A stretch of DNA of 64,000 nt from Antedon mediterranea (GCF_964355755.1 NC_092673.1:25784269-25848268); one strand, 5' to 3'; counted from the stretch's first letter, positions 14,306-27,410 are shown. Numbers and translations are program-made. Notes: a model not told the origin generated them from the sequence alone.

Positions 14306-15249
14306 AGGCACCCACTTGATAACAATAATATAATATTATTCATAGTATTTGTGTCGACAACAATTCCTTCTTTTCCTCGGTCAATAATTATCATCATCGT
14401 GTAATCATCTGTACCTGTCATTGTCATCACCACCATCATCGTATTCATAACCATCACCATCATCAGTACGGTGATCAACATCATTTATTATTAAGATTTA
14501 TCTTGTTTTCCCATTATATTCGTTCAATGTATTAACGAAATACAGGAACAAAACATAATTCATTATTTCAAGTTACTAACCAGTACCAACACGACCGAGA
14601 CTAGAACTCGGAATCTTCTGCCTGATATATCTACCATTTAGGCTATCATTATGATAGTCAAATTACTCATATATGTTTTGGTTTTAACCATTATTTAAAC
14701 ATAGGGCCACTAATCAGTTTCTCTCTTTCGTTAGAACAATATACAGTACTGAAAAAAATGTTGTTAGACCTATTTATTGATAAACGACTTATTCCTATAT
14801 GCATTTATAAAAAAATGAATAATATAGAACATTTGATTATAAAAAAAATAAGAATAGAATTAAGTTTAATATAGAAAATAACAGAGATGTTCACAGAAAT
14901 TATTAAAAGAATTGTTTCCTTTTTTGGTATGATTGATGCGCTATTTATACCGGCATCAAAGAGGGTTTGGCTTTGTGCTTCCGACCAATTACAAATGGAT
15001 TGCTTCCAGAACAGATTAACAATATATCGTTGTATAGGATAATACAATATAGAATCACTTCAAATATATAATTAATCCTCATCGGTTAATAGATTAAGGC
15101 CATCTATCCTGCTGCGATTATCGGCCAAGGAATTAGCACGTGTGTGGACGTTCCATTGTCCACGATACCAATTTTGGTAGTCCGGACCATCTATCGTGTC
15201 GTGATTGGTCAATTTACTTACGTCGCATCCAAGTGGAAACCAATCTCTA

Positions 15250-15465
15250 AAGCGTGGTCCCCACTAGAACGTAACGAAGTGACGTATTGACGCAAAGATA
15301 ATTATGTATTGCGTAATCAGAAGTGGGAACCGACGACGCAACAGTGCTGCAAACATCGAAGGTTTGATTTCACGCAGACGGGGGAAACATATTGGAAGGG
15401 CATTTTCTTAGGTTGCGTCGGTTGCGTTATGTTGCGTCGCTAGTGGGAACCAAGCTTTAGGGAGG
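15250..15465. mobile_element. Family-B MITE copy. A partial copy lies just upstream at 15110-15240.
   Basis: gcgtggtccccactagaacgtaacg ... gcgtcgctagtgggaaccaagcttta. Confidence 0.7.
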
Positions 15466-17171
15466 CTTCAACAAATATTATTAGCCAGTTTGAATCGAAA
15501 GGAATGGTCACTCTGCTAGATAAATCTTAAAGATGTATTGTCCCCCAAAAACATAACAAAAATAAAGATTAATAAAATTAGACTTTAAATATGCTATTTT
15601 TGCATTTTATAGAGCAGAGGAATGAAAGTTTTCCTTATAAAAAGAAAGCATAAATTCTTCAATGTAACCAATTATTGTCTGACAGAAAATTTACTATATT
15701 TTGCTTTGAATTACGTTGATTTAGGTAAATGTTTTTCTCTTATGTGTCATTAAAATGACATATTCAACATACACACTTAAAAAAGGTATTTTTTTCGAGA
15801 GGTGGAGGGGTGACAGTATATCTTTAAAATTTAAAATTGTCATTTACATAGATATATTATTGTACTTCCTGTTCATTTTTAAATACAGTATTGTTATTGT
15901 TTTGTTTATTATATCAATATTCCAGTTATTAATCGGCAACAATAATACAGAAGTGTCGGGAATTAAACGTCAGGCAAAAACCACAACTAAGCTTACGATG
16001 CATGTTACGGCGTGTTACCTGATGGAAAAAACCCCACCCTTCAAAGTGACAAATTGAAGGAAGATTCCTTGGAACTAAACGATCTTAGTGTTACATACGC
16101 CCACTAAATAATCAATCTTCTGGTATCAAAATAAACTCTTCCTTAAACACACAAAAATAACAACGAAATATGAAATAAGTGTTCCTTCTAGAACAGTGTA
16201 AATTATTTTTTTATAAAAGGAAAAAAAACGTTTTATCGATGTTAATATTATTACAATCAAAATAGGCATAGATCAGCATAAATTATATTCAATGAGGTAA
16301 ATTGTCATTTACATAGATATATTATTGTACTTCCTGTTCATTTTTAAATACAGTATTGTTATTGTTTTGTTTATTATATCAATATTCCAGTTATTAATCG
16401 ACAACAATAATACAGAAGTGTCGGGAATTAAACGTCAGGCAAAAACCAAAACTAAGCTTACGATGCATGTTACGGCGTGTTACCTGATGGAAAAATTCCC
16501 ACCCTTCAAAGTGACAAATTGAAGGAAGATTCGTGTTACATACGCCCACTAAATAATCAATCTTCTGGTATCAAAATAAACTCTTCTTTAAACATACAAA
16601 AATAACAACGAAATATGAAATAAGTGTTCCTTCTAGAACAGTGTAAATTATTTTTTTATAAAAGGAAAAAAAACGTTTTATCGATGTTAATATTATTACA
16701 ATCAAAATAGGCATAGATCAGCATAAATTATATTCAATGAGGGCGATCTATCTATCTATCTATCTATATCTATCTATTTTCTCTTTTCTAATCTGATCAA
16801 TATGATATTGTTTGCGTGGTTACGGAAATGAAATAATTGAAGACTACTTAATCCCAGAAAAGTAAGGGAAAATAAAATATGTTCAGGTATTTCTAGAGGA
16901 ATGTACTCTATATATTTGCTAGTTTTAAGGATTTCCGCTTAATAAATATCATAATGTTATACAATTTTCCTTTCATATTGTATACAATGTAATTTTTAAT
17001 TAAGCCAACGAAATGCTTGCTGTGTCATCTTAAGAGAAAATGTTAAACAGTTTTACTTCACCTCATGCATAATTAGGAGGATGTGGAAGTCCCATCCTCT
17101 AACTTTACAAAATAGAAAATCCGATGGGTTGATCCCTTCAATATTAAGAAGACAATTTCTTCCATTTGCTA

Positions 17172-17326
17172 AGGCTCTGTCTACACTATCAAACTTTATG
17201 TGACAAACAAATGTGACGTGCCCATATGCGGACATGATGATGTCATATCACTACCATATTTAAGCATATCACTACCATATTTAAGAACATCACACTTTTT
17301 TGTCAAAGTAGTTTGATAGTGTAGTT
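17172..17326. mobile_element. Family-A MITE copy inside tandem-duplication unit 1.
   Basis: TIR ggctctgtctacactatcaaac ... gtttgatagtgtag. Confidence 0.75.
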
Positions 17327-18907
17327 TAAATATTTTAATTGTTTTTTTAAGCCTGAAAGACAATATATTTTAATTAAATTTTTTTAAATGTAATATGGTT
17401 CCATGAATAGTCAAATTAATTCTTAAATACGAAAAAACACAATTAATAACTGAAAAAAATTGTATTAACACGCTTGATAAAAATTAATGTATGGAATTTA
17501 ACGAATTACAACAAATAGAAATGTGTTAATTTATCTTCGCGGGATATTGACTTCGCGGTAATTGACGACCTCATCAATAATTTTTATTATATATTCATTA
17601 TGTCCTTTGATTTCCTTTTGTGCTTCTACAGTACACACATTTCTTAATTGAAGAAAATATATAAAATAATACCTAATGGCCCATCGACAGTTTATTTATA
17701 ATTATCTTTGAAATAGTTTTAATGATGTTTTGTTTGTCAAAGAGCTTAACGTTGGAAAATATATGTAATGCATAATGGTGTTTAGAGCAGAGGAATGAAA
17801 GTTTTCCTTATAAAAAGAAAGCATAAACTCTTCAATGTAACCAATTATTGTCTGACAGAAAATTTACTATATTTTGCTTTGAATTACATTGTTTTGGGTA
17901 AATTTTTTTCTCTTATGTGTCATTAAAATGACATATTCAACATACACACTTAAAAAAGGTATTTTTTCGAGAGGAGGAGGGGGGACAGTATATCTTTAAA
18001 ATTTAAAATTGTCATTTACATAGATATATTATTGTACTTCCTGTTCATTTTTAAATACAGTATTGTTATTGTTTTGTTTATTATATCAATATTCCAGTTA
18101 TTATTCGGCAACAATAATACAGAAGTGGGGAATTAAACGTCAAGCAAAAACCACAACTAAGCTTACGATGCATGTTACGGCGTGTTAACTGATGAAAAAA
18201 CCCCACCCTTCAAAGTGACAAATTGAAAGAAGATTCCTTGGAACTAAACGATCTTAGTGTTACATACACCCACTAAATAATCAATCTTCTGGTATCAAAA
18301 TAAACTCTTCCTTAAACACACAAAAATAACAACGAAGTATGAAATAAGTGTTCCTTCTAGAACACTGTAAAATATTTTTTTATAAAAGGAAAAAAAAACG
18401 TTTTATCGATGTTAATATTATTACAATCAAAATAGGCATAGATCAGCATAAATTATATTCGATTAGGGCGATCTGTCTATCTATCTATCTCTATCTATCT
18501 ATTTTCACTTTTCTAATCTGATCAATATGATATTGTTTGCGTGGTTACGGAAATGAAATAATTGAAGACTACTATACTTAATCCCAGAAAAAGTAAAGGA
18601 AAATAAAATATGTTCAGGTATGTCTAGAGGAATGTACGGTACTCTATATGTTTGCTAGTTTTAAGGATTTCCGCTTAATAAATATCATAATGTTATACAA
18701 TTTTCCTTTCATATTGTATACAATGTAATTTTTAATTAAGCCAACGAAATGTTTGCTGTGTCATCTTAAGAGAAAATGTGAAACAGTTTTACTTCACCTC
18801 ATGCATAATTAGGAGGATGTGGAAGTCCCATCCTCTAACTTTACAAAATAGAAAATCCGATGGGTTGATCCCTTCAATATTAAGAAGACAATTTCTTCTA
18901 TTTGTTA

Positions 18908-19081
18908 AGGCTCTGTCTACACTATCAAACTTTATGTGACAAACAAATGTGACGTGCCCATATGCGGACATGATGATGTCATATCACTACTATATTTAAG
19001 CATATCACTACCATATTTAAGCATATCACTACCATATTTAAGAACATCACACTTTTTTGTCAAAGTAGTTTGATAGTGTAG
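18908..19081. mobile_element. Family-A MITE copy inside tandem-duplication unit 2. It is the paralog of the copy at 17172.
   Basis: The sequence is near-identical to 17172-17326 and includes an extra 18-bp internal repeat. Confidence 0.75.
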
Positions 19082-20117
19082 TTTAACTATTTTAATTGTT
19101 TTTTTAAGCCTGAAAGACAATATATTTTAATTTAATTTTTTTAATGTAATATGTTTCCATGAATAGTCAAATTAATTCTTAAATACGAAAAAACACAATT
19201 AATAACTGAAAAAAATGGTATTAACACGCTTGATAAAAATTAATGTAGATGGAGTTTAACGAATTACTACAAATAGAAATGTGTTAATTTATCCCGGACC
19301 CCCCCCCCCCCTCACTCTATTCGAGAAGAGGGAGGGACATATTCAAAGCGGGTAAATACGGCGTTTGACTTCGCGGGATATTGACTTCGCGGTAATTGAC
19401 GACCTCATCAATAATTTTTATTATATATTCATTATGTCCTTTGATTTCCTTTTGTGCTTCTACAGTACACACATTTCTTAATTGAAGAAAATATATAAAA
19501 TAATACCTAATGGCCCATCGACAGTTTATTTATAATTATCTTTGAAATAGTTTTAATGATGTTTTGTTTGTCAAAGAGCTTAACGTTGGAAAATATATGT
19601 AATGCATAATGGTGTTTTACCAAACCGATTGAGTGTGAATGCTACGAGGTTTTACGTATCGAAACAATTTCTTTACAAAAACCATGGATGCAATGTGTTT
19701 ATGAATATTTCACAATCATAACTGAGATGACAGATGAGAAAAACATACACAGGCTATTCTACATGACCACGTGTCTGGGTTTTCAATCAATCATCTATGA
19801 GAGTGATCCGGGGGTACGGTATCACCAACCTCACCCTAAATTTCACTCAAACTCCATCTATGTGTCCTTCTCATAGGTGCTCAGCAAAAACGTGGTGTTG
19901 ATAACTGCAGTTAGGCATTCTTGTTTTCGACGTACTTCTCGGAATAACCAAACAAATAGCCTAGCACACAACCAAAATGTTTCATTTTCTTATTCATTTT
20001 ATTGTTAAAATATATTTTTTTCATCTAAATTTTCTTATCAAAATAGCAAATATAATATATGAACTCATCATGAGCAAGATACAAAAAATTAAGTTACGCA
20101 TACGTTCCTGACTATAA

Positions 20118-20272
20118 TGCTTGGTTCCCACTTTAGACGCAATGCAAGGACGTAAACGCACGTAAGTAACGCGCACGATTCGACCAATCACAAGAGATGA
20201 ATTTATTGGTCAACTCGCTTGCGTTGCGTCTACGTCATTGCGCTGCGTCTAGTTGGAACCACGCTTAAATAA
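20118..20272. mobile_element. Family-B MITE copy.
   Basis: gcttggttcccacttta ... tggaaccacgcttaaat, with the internal gaccaatcacaag motif. Confidence 0.7.
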
Positions 20273-21527
20273 GCTTATTATAATAAATATTGGTAGTAGA
20301 CGTTATATTAAATATACTATTAATAAATACTTGTAATAGATAAATCTCAAGGTATCTAAAATAATCTATTATACATATAGATTCAGCTGCATGTATTGTC
20401 TTCGTTATTAGTAATCATAAGCGATTGTCTACATAAATATATAATTGCACGATATATAAATAAACCCTAACTACACAAGCGAGATCGAAATAAGAGGCGT
20501 AATGAAGAAATGGATTAAATGTAAAACTGGTTTGCTGGCTAATTTATATTTGCAACGCTTATTTTTACGGTTATGGAAATAAAAGAGTAAAGTAGATTTT
20601 TTTTTTTCATTCGTCAATGACGAATAATTGATTGTACTTCATAGCAAATTTGGAACGAAAATACTGTTGCTAAATTAGGGCTACTACAATTGAGTATATC
20701 TAATTTGACTCTATATGTTCCTCATGTCTCGTCTTATTAATTTAAAAAAGGTTAGCTACCCCCTTGAAACTAATTCTTGTAGGCATAGGTTTTACCAGAC
20801 CGGTTGATAAATACTAATAGAATAGTGCTAATTGGTGAAATGCCAGACCAACAGATTTTGAATACACCCATTTCTCACACACATTTTGTTCAAAGTAATA
20901 CCAGAAACATTAAGCATTATTTTAGCACACATACAATTAAATAAAGTCAAGTTATACACATCTACACAATTGATTTTGTGACCGTACATAACTTGTCTCA
21001 CAAAAATGATTACAAACACTACTAGCGACTAAATGTTCATTTGTATCTCGATTCTCCTTATAGCTAAAACGGCTGTAGGAAGTATCTTCACGCGACATGC
21101 AGATACCTCCAATCGGCCAATAACGTCTCCCCATCCGTCATTTGTACATACATGTGGATCATAACGAAAGGTTGTGGCATTCATTATCTAAAATTATAAA
21201 ATACATATGAAATTGTTAATTTGACGAAACTTTTAAAACACATTGTAGCATCGAAATGATGGGATTTGTGGAAAAAACATATAGAGCACGCATGTTCTCT
21301 TGCACTGTACATAATTTTAATGTAAAACAGGAAATAGCCTATGCCTAATTTTTATAGGGATGTCAGAGGATGACAAATAATAATACTGTACTGTACTAGG
21401 AAATTAATAATAATAATATCAAACATTCATAAACCGCTCTTTACCGGAATCTCACATCGCAATATGAAAGGTTTTAAGGAGAGATTTGAATTTGAATTGA
21501 AATGTAAAAATGCTAAATTCCACTTAC

Positions 21528-21692
21528 ATTTCTGGCTTCGGTTATCGCATCAACAGTCTTGTTTACTATAATTCCAATGAACGCAAACTGCTCATCTGAG
21601 GTGACGTTATTTTTTACATGAGACTCGTAAAGAGACGTAAATAGGCAATGGTAATTCTCCAACGAATACAGCATATCTTTTAAAATTTCCAC
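21528..21692 (-). CDS. Exon 2 of the secreted glycoprotein gene (VEILKDMLYSLENYHC...VNKTVDAITEARN).
   Basis: Acceptor tttgcag|gtggaa and donor aat|gtaagt. Phase 0 in and out, in frame with exon 1. N-glycosylation sequons are present. Coordinates were anchored to ORF 21513..21767 and may be off by ±1. Confidence 0.55.
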
Positions 21693-22765
21693 CTGCAAAA
21701 ATAACTTAGCTAAATTATTATTTATAAGAATTACTGTACGGTTGTGTCTCGAATACGAAACATTCAAATAAGCCCTGCTTAACTATCGTAAAACCTAAAA
21801 AAAAAGAAGCACCCCTTTCTTTTCGAAAAGACTCCCCTGTTTGGTTTGCAAAAGTAATCTCGAAAAGAAGCCCTTTTCAAAATAAAGATACTGTAGATAG
21901 GCTTCTCTTAATGCCAGATGCAGAATAATAATGTATGATCGTATTTATATCGTACATTTTTTGTTGGTGTTTTGATCTACTTCGTTGGCTAAAAAAAATT
22001 ATTTACAGGGAATTTCTCAAAACCATATTATTGTATTAGCAATTCACAAGATGAGGATGCACATTGGTTTTATTTTGGGATGCGAGAAAAATTGACATCA
22101 AACAGCCCTCTTATTTTTTTTATTATTATTTTTATTTAAAAATAAGTAGGTTAAATACCGTATTGTTTTTTCCAAGGAGAGAAATATATAGACTGGGAAA
22201 ATGAATAGTGCACACATTTGCAGCTGCAGAAATTGAATCCTGTGAATAAATGTATAGAAAACAGTTAATACAGCTATTATTACAGTTCAATTATTATCAA
22301 CGTGATATTTGGTGTAAAACTTAGGGGATATAATATGAGACAATAATGATAACGGTGTATTATTAATCAATTGTTTTAAGTGTGATCCATCAAATAAAGA
22401 TATGAGATGTGATTGGAAGATAGTGAATGAATGATATTTTTAAAAGACGGAAGCCCAGATCAGTGATATCACTGAGGCCTTCCACTGGGGCTCCTGTACT
22501 AATAATATGTACTTATCTCAAATTTAACAAAGACTAATAAAGTTGAAGAAGCCTAAAGCAAAACCTTATTCATCAATCATGTTAACAATTTCAATTACTT
22601 ATAACATTTATCAATACTAGATATTTGGCACTTTACATTTAAAAAATTCAGCAGGATAGTTAATTAAAGATATAATACGGTTGAAGAGAATTTTTGTAAT
22701 AAATGTGTTGAGAGGTGACCTCATTGTTCACACTGCCTTTTAATATAATAATAAAGTAAACTTAC

Positions 22766-23005
22766 CTTTAATTCAAGCGTATCTTCTATAACTTTACACA
22801 GATTTGCGATTGGTTCAAAAAGTGGCGTCAAATTGACTTCAGTATCCCATGCTGGTGCGATTGGTTCAAAAAGTGATGTCAAATTGACTTCAGTAACCCA
22901 TGCTGGTGTAGCCACCACCGTTGTCGCAGGTAGTGTAGTCGGCGCTCCGACTGCAAATGTCATCACGTACCCAATCAATAATATTACTAAAATTATTGAG
23001 AACAT
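22766..23005 (-). CDS. Exon 1 of an uncharacterised secreted glycoprotein gene. It encodes a signal peptide (MFSIILVILLIGYVMTFAVGAP) followed by two tandem copies of the 17-aa motif PAW[VD]TEVNLT[SP]LFEPIA.
   Basis: ORF-track ORF 22721..23005(-). The donor follows ...TLELK|gtaagt. The N-terminus is hydrophobic. A 51-bp DNA tandem duplication is visible. Confidence 0.6.
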
Positions 23006-24828
23006 TTCAAATTATAATTTGACAATTTTGTTTAGAATCATAAACTGCTAAAGATTACCAGTTTATTTTGATTTTACAATTGATTGACAAATTGATTCAT
23101 GTTCGTTTAAAATTATTATCAAATCGCCGCATATTTTCATAGCTTTAGGCCTAGGGTCAACTCATTTGTTAGTTAACCTGATGATCCGACCCACTTAATA
23201 AAATTCTGATTTTCTCCTCACACAACATAATAAACAAAACCAATCCAACAATCCATCACGACAGAAAGCACATTCATCTAACACGAATGAAATAAATTCA
23301 AAACATTTATGAAACCTTAAGTTTTACTAATAAATCAACAAAACAATTAGTGTAACTATTGAGAAGTATATCAGTAAAAATAAATAATTGTATCCACTCA
23401 CCGTAAGATGTATAAGAAGCCATCGCCAATATATTCAAAACAAATTATAACAAAGTATAAATCTAATATCTTTAATCCAAATTGAAGTTATATTTCTTGA
23501 TAAGTAGTTCTTCAGTGTCTCAATGAGAGCGTTTAGTTGAAAATATCAAACTTTGCCACATTTATAGACATGGGAGGATGGCCGCCGGAAGTATAGTATT
23601 TTATTAATTGCAAAAACTGGGACAGCCTCTTACTAAAGATTATGCGCAGTATGCCTGTATATTTGACTTTTAACTTGAATCTATAAATAACTTTATTGTT
23701 TATCCAAGAATTTTTTTTCCGCCGGAAAAATACACTAGTTGCTATTTACGTAAGTTGATAATTATTAATAACGTACTATCATTTTTTTTTCTACAGGATC
23801 TGAGACAGAAATAAGGTGGGTGTTCTCTTTATATCTTGAAGGCAACGTATTTTTTTAATTTGATTTTACCAACCCACAGTAGTCTGATATGGATACTGAT
23901 ATTTATTAAAAATAACCTATTACTCTAGTAACCTTTTTTTTTTATTGGTAAAACGGTTCTGAGTGGCAGTTAGGTCACCCAACATTTTGAAAGATATTGC
24001 AATTTCTTTTTCTTTTTTTATATTGATATTCAATACCTAAATGCTAATTATTATTCTAATAAAATTTAATTTTAACTCCATTCAACCTATAGCTTTTAAA
24101 ACGTTGCACACATTTTGAGTGGGTTTTTTTTTAATGACTAACGAATAATAAATCAATGCAACCTCCTCCCACAAAAAACAGAAGGTATACTATTGACTGT
24201 TACATCAATGTGATAAAGGTGCGGTGTTGCATATTTTTTGTTTTTGTTTTATTACACTTTATTTATAGAGGGTAACCCTAAACAGCGTATGCTGACAATC
24301 AAGGGACCCTCTTGAGAGATTGGCTGTGTGTATACTAGTACACCGAGGTAACCCCCTACTCGTCTCGAAAGATGTAGGCCTACTAGGTTCTTTAAAGTGC
24401 ACATGAGCCAGATGTGTACACTGGACCTAAGGTTTATTGTACTTATCCGAGAAGACTCGTTCTACCACCAGACCCATGGAGTTTAGGCTCGAACCCTTGC
24501 CAATGTTAATATGGCAAGGTATTACGGTTCCACTGTCTTAACCGCTTATATGATTTGTTATGTCTTGATTGTTGGTGGACGCCTGTGAATGTTTAGTGGT
24601 AATCTTTGCTAATTGTTACATGAAGGATGGGGAAATGTTTATATTCTACAGGGAAACCATTAGCATTGCTCTTAATGTGAAAATGTGACTAATAAAACAT
24701 CTCGAATAAGCTGGCCTGGCATTATTAAAAAAACTCAATCAGCTCCAGAAGCATTTAGACCATCATTCTTTATTATCAATAATGACGTGCAAAACCAGTA
24801 TAGTTTGTTACAATTCACATTATTTATT

Positions 24829-24975
24829 AAGCTATGTCTACACTCTCAAACTAGTTGTGATGTGCCCAAATATGGTAGAGATGTTTCCAAGTATGATAGT
24901 GATATTACATCATCATGTCCATGGGGACATCACATTTTTTGTGTCAAATAAAGTTTGATAAAGTGTAGACAGAGC
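24829..24975. mobile_element. Family-A MITE copy (diverged).
   Basis: agctatgtctacactctcaaac ... tttgataaagtgtagacagagc. Confidence 0.7.
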
Positions 24976-25484
24976 GTAATTCTGCGCAATTATTTTCTTT
25001 ATCTTTCCCACCCATCTGATTCCATTTGGCATCCTTGATAGTTGGTCAGCATAGATCCTGAAGGAAGTGGTAAAATATTCTATAGCGTGGTTTATTACAA
25101 AACGTCCTGACGTTTAGTCACTAACGTTATTTTATAAACTTAACCATTAAATATTGAACAACGTGCCATAACATTTCAATTTATTAGATTGTTTTTAGGT
25201 TTTGTGTTTTTTTTTACTTTTTTCGTTTTTAATAATAAAATGAATTGTTTAATAAAATAGGGCTCTTCTGTTAGCGGATTTGGTCAGTGTTAGTGGTAGT
25301 TGTGTTTTTTCTGTGGATTCCAACAGCACTCTCCACACCTCCTCATTTCCCAGCCCGCTTACAGTATTGGTTTCTTGGTAATTAGCCCTAATATTGATTT
25401 GATTTGCGAGTGTAACCTTTTAGAAGCCCAATTGTTCACCTCTTTTTAACTTTTAGAATGGAAAAGGCATTATATTTTTTTGTT

Positions 25485-25600
25485 GGTTCCCACTAGGACG
25501 AAATGCCAAACTTTGACCAATCACGAGGCGATAGATGATAAGTGCGCTTGCGTATGCTACTTCTTGTGTTCCGTTCTAGGGGATTGAGAACTAAGCTTTA
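25485..25600. mobile_element. Family-B MITE copy (short).
   Basis: ttggttcccactaggacgaaatgcc ... gttctaggggattgagaactaagcttta. Confidence 0.55.
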
Positions 25601-25938
25601 CCATGCATTTGGTGCACGTGGTGCTTTTCCTAATACACCTTTATTATTACCAATTGGTCTAATTATTACTGAGTAGGTCCTTGCTTTATAAGTATGTATA
25701 AGCTTTAAATTTAAATGTGCGGCGCTTAAGTTATAATACGACTCTTCCAGTCATCGGATCATTACTTCATTTAACACGAGCCCAGACTTCTTAGAATTGT
25801 GTACAGTACAGAATGTTTTCTTATTACTGATTTTATTGGATTTATTTTATGCCAACATAGCAAACCAGCCTATTGAATACTGGAAAATCATTACAGTGAT
25901 TACTTTTCTGGTAAAACTTGTATAGTAGGGTCTCGATG

Positions 25939-26203
25939 TGACGTCACATTTTGATAGTCCAGTTGTGGATAACTTAAATGTGAAAGTTATATATAATATG
26001 GAAGTAAAAATACAGCTGTTAGTTCTTTTTTTACTGTATAATAGTTTAGGCCTCTAAAACTCATCCGAAAGGGAATTCCCCTAACTTGACGTCACAATCT
26101 CTAACCACTTCCCATTGGTTGATATATTTACAGGTTGTACTTATTTTCCAAGGCACGTTGTGACGTAAAGTTCAAGTTCGCTGAACCATAACCTTTTTCC
26201 AAA
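25939..26203 (+). promoter_or_regulatory. FUOM proximal promoter. It holds two perfect CRE palindromes TGACGTCA (25939-25946 and 26087-26094), a perfect kappaB-like palindrome GGGAATTCCC (26071-26080), an inverted CCAAT box (cccATTGGtt, about 26114-26118) and a half-CRE TGACGTAA (26161-26168).
   Basis: The motifs were read directly from the sequence and lie within 270 bp upstream of the FUOM ATG at 26204. Confidence 0.5.
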
Positions 26204-26288
26204 ATGGTTGTTTTGAAGAATATACCGTCTATTATTTCTCCTGAACTTTTGTACGCTTTGGCCCAAATGGGCCATGGAGATGAAATAG
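26204..26288 (+). CDS. FUOM: L-fucose mutarotase exon 1 (MVVLKNIPSIISPELLYALAQMGHGDEI).
   Basis: The N-terminus is near-identical to vertebrate FUOM (MVALKGVPALLSPELLYALARMGHGDEI...). Donor ata g|gttagt, phase 1 out. Confidence 0.85.
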
Positions 26289-27084
26289 GTTAGTACAGAA
26301 ACATTCTTCAGTACTGAAATAATAACATATATTAACATATTATGTGATAATATACCCCTTTTTCACTTACAAATAGGCCGCTGTAGCCTACTACCGGTTT
26401 AGCTTACCTAAACTACACCACCACTGCTGAGTCTACTGTGTGTACTAGGCCTACTCTACTACTGTACTAGCTAGCTAGCTCAGCTAGGCAGAGTAAGCCG
26501 CTAGCTACTTTACTATACAGTAGTAGTAGAAAATACCCTACCTGAATGTGGTCAGTCACGATTTTTCAATAATTAATATTAATAAAAGCAATATGAAAAT
26601 GAATTTTCTAAAATCACATGAAAAATAAATTAAAAGCATGACTTTCAGAAAAGTATATAAATGTTGCTGGTTGTTCTTGACAATTAGTAATAATAATACT
26701 TATTATATAGTAGTCAGTCAGCACCGATTAACACGTAATAATTTAATATTAAATACTTTTCATAAGTAGATCCTTGATGAGATTTTAGACCTATAACTGA
26801 CCTTGAATAGCACTGGTGATTGGTACTAAAAAGTAATTGTTTTAATAAAACTTTATGTCATTCAGTAGCCTACTGTTATACGTAAATTACCTTACTTAAT
26901 TTGAATGACAGTGTGAATAAACTAGGACAGGTTAAACCAAAACTAACGGAGCAGACAGACAAAATATTGCCGAAATGCTGGTAGCTATCGACCCATTAAT
27001 ACAATCTGAATGATCAATCACATTGCATATAAATTGATTGCAGTAGAGATTGCAATGAAATGATACCTTTGGGACCCAACAAAG

Positions 27085-27410
27085 TGTCCCCTTGAAGATG
27101 TATTGTCCCCCAAAAACATGAAAAGTGAAGATTAATTAAATCAGACTTTGAATAGCTTATTTTGTAGTTTTAATAAAGTTAATCACTTGCGTAGAAAAAA
27201 AAACCGAAAAAATTGATTTTTCACTAATACAATAATTTTCAAAAATAAATGGTTCAACCAAACATCATTAGCTTTCAGCCAATTTGACTATTTTTGCTTT
27301 AAATTACAGTTTTTGGTCACTATTATGATATCAAATTGGCATATTCGACAAAAAAATGTAAAAAAATATTCTGTCAGGGGGACAATACAGTACATCTTTA
27401 ATAGCGGTTG
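27085..27410. mobile_element. Family-C MITE of about 325 bp, with roughly 25-bp terminal inverted repeats AAGATGTATTGTCCCCCAAAAACAT ... TCAGGGGGACAATACAGTACATCTT. A 5' fragment of the same family lies at 15521-15590.
   Basis: The inverted termini were read directly. The sequence at 15521 is similar. Confidence 0.7.

Larger units (their letters stand above)
15588..19640. repeat. Tandem segmental duplication of about 2.2 kb. Unit 1 is about 15588-17780 and unit 2 about 17781-19640. Unit 1 carries a nested tandem duplication of about 460 bp (15832-16298 and 16299-16748). Unit 2 carries an 85-bp C-rich insertion at 19290-19375.
   Basis: Long near-identical blocks run in parallel: 15588 against 17781, 16540-17340 against 18230-19090, and 17340-17760 against 19100-19620. 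Each unit carries the same family-A MITE and a (CTAT)n microsatellite. Confidence 0.8.

Noticed and set aside
14074-14307. ORFs with ...VAVCILVHRG.PLLVSKDV... (also 57751..57936) and GFEPMTS-containing ORFs (39771..39995, 52573..52776).
   Set aside because: These are translations of tRNA-derived SINE bodies and T-arm sequences, which are classic SINE artefacts. Each copy has a different frame-disrupted version.
15755-16522. 100-aa and 65-aa plus-strand ORFs (MTYSTYTLKKGIFF... and MYFLFIFKYSIVIV...).
   Set aside because: They sit in the duplicated X block of the tandem segmental duplication. They are AT-rich and low-complexity (poly-Ile/Phe/Leu). Copies differ by frameshifts, and no splice context or conservation is evident.
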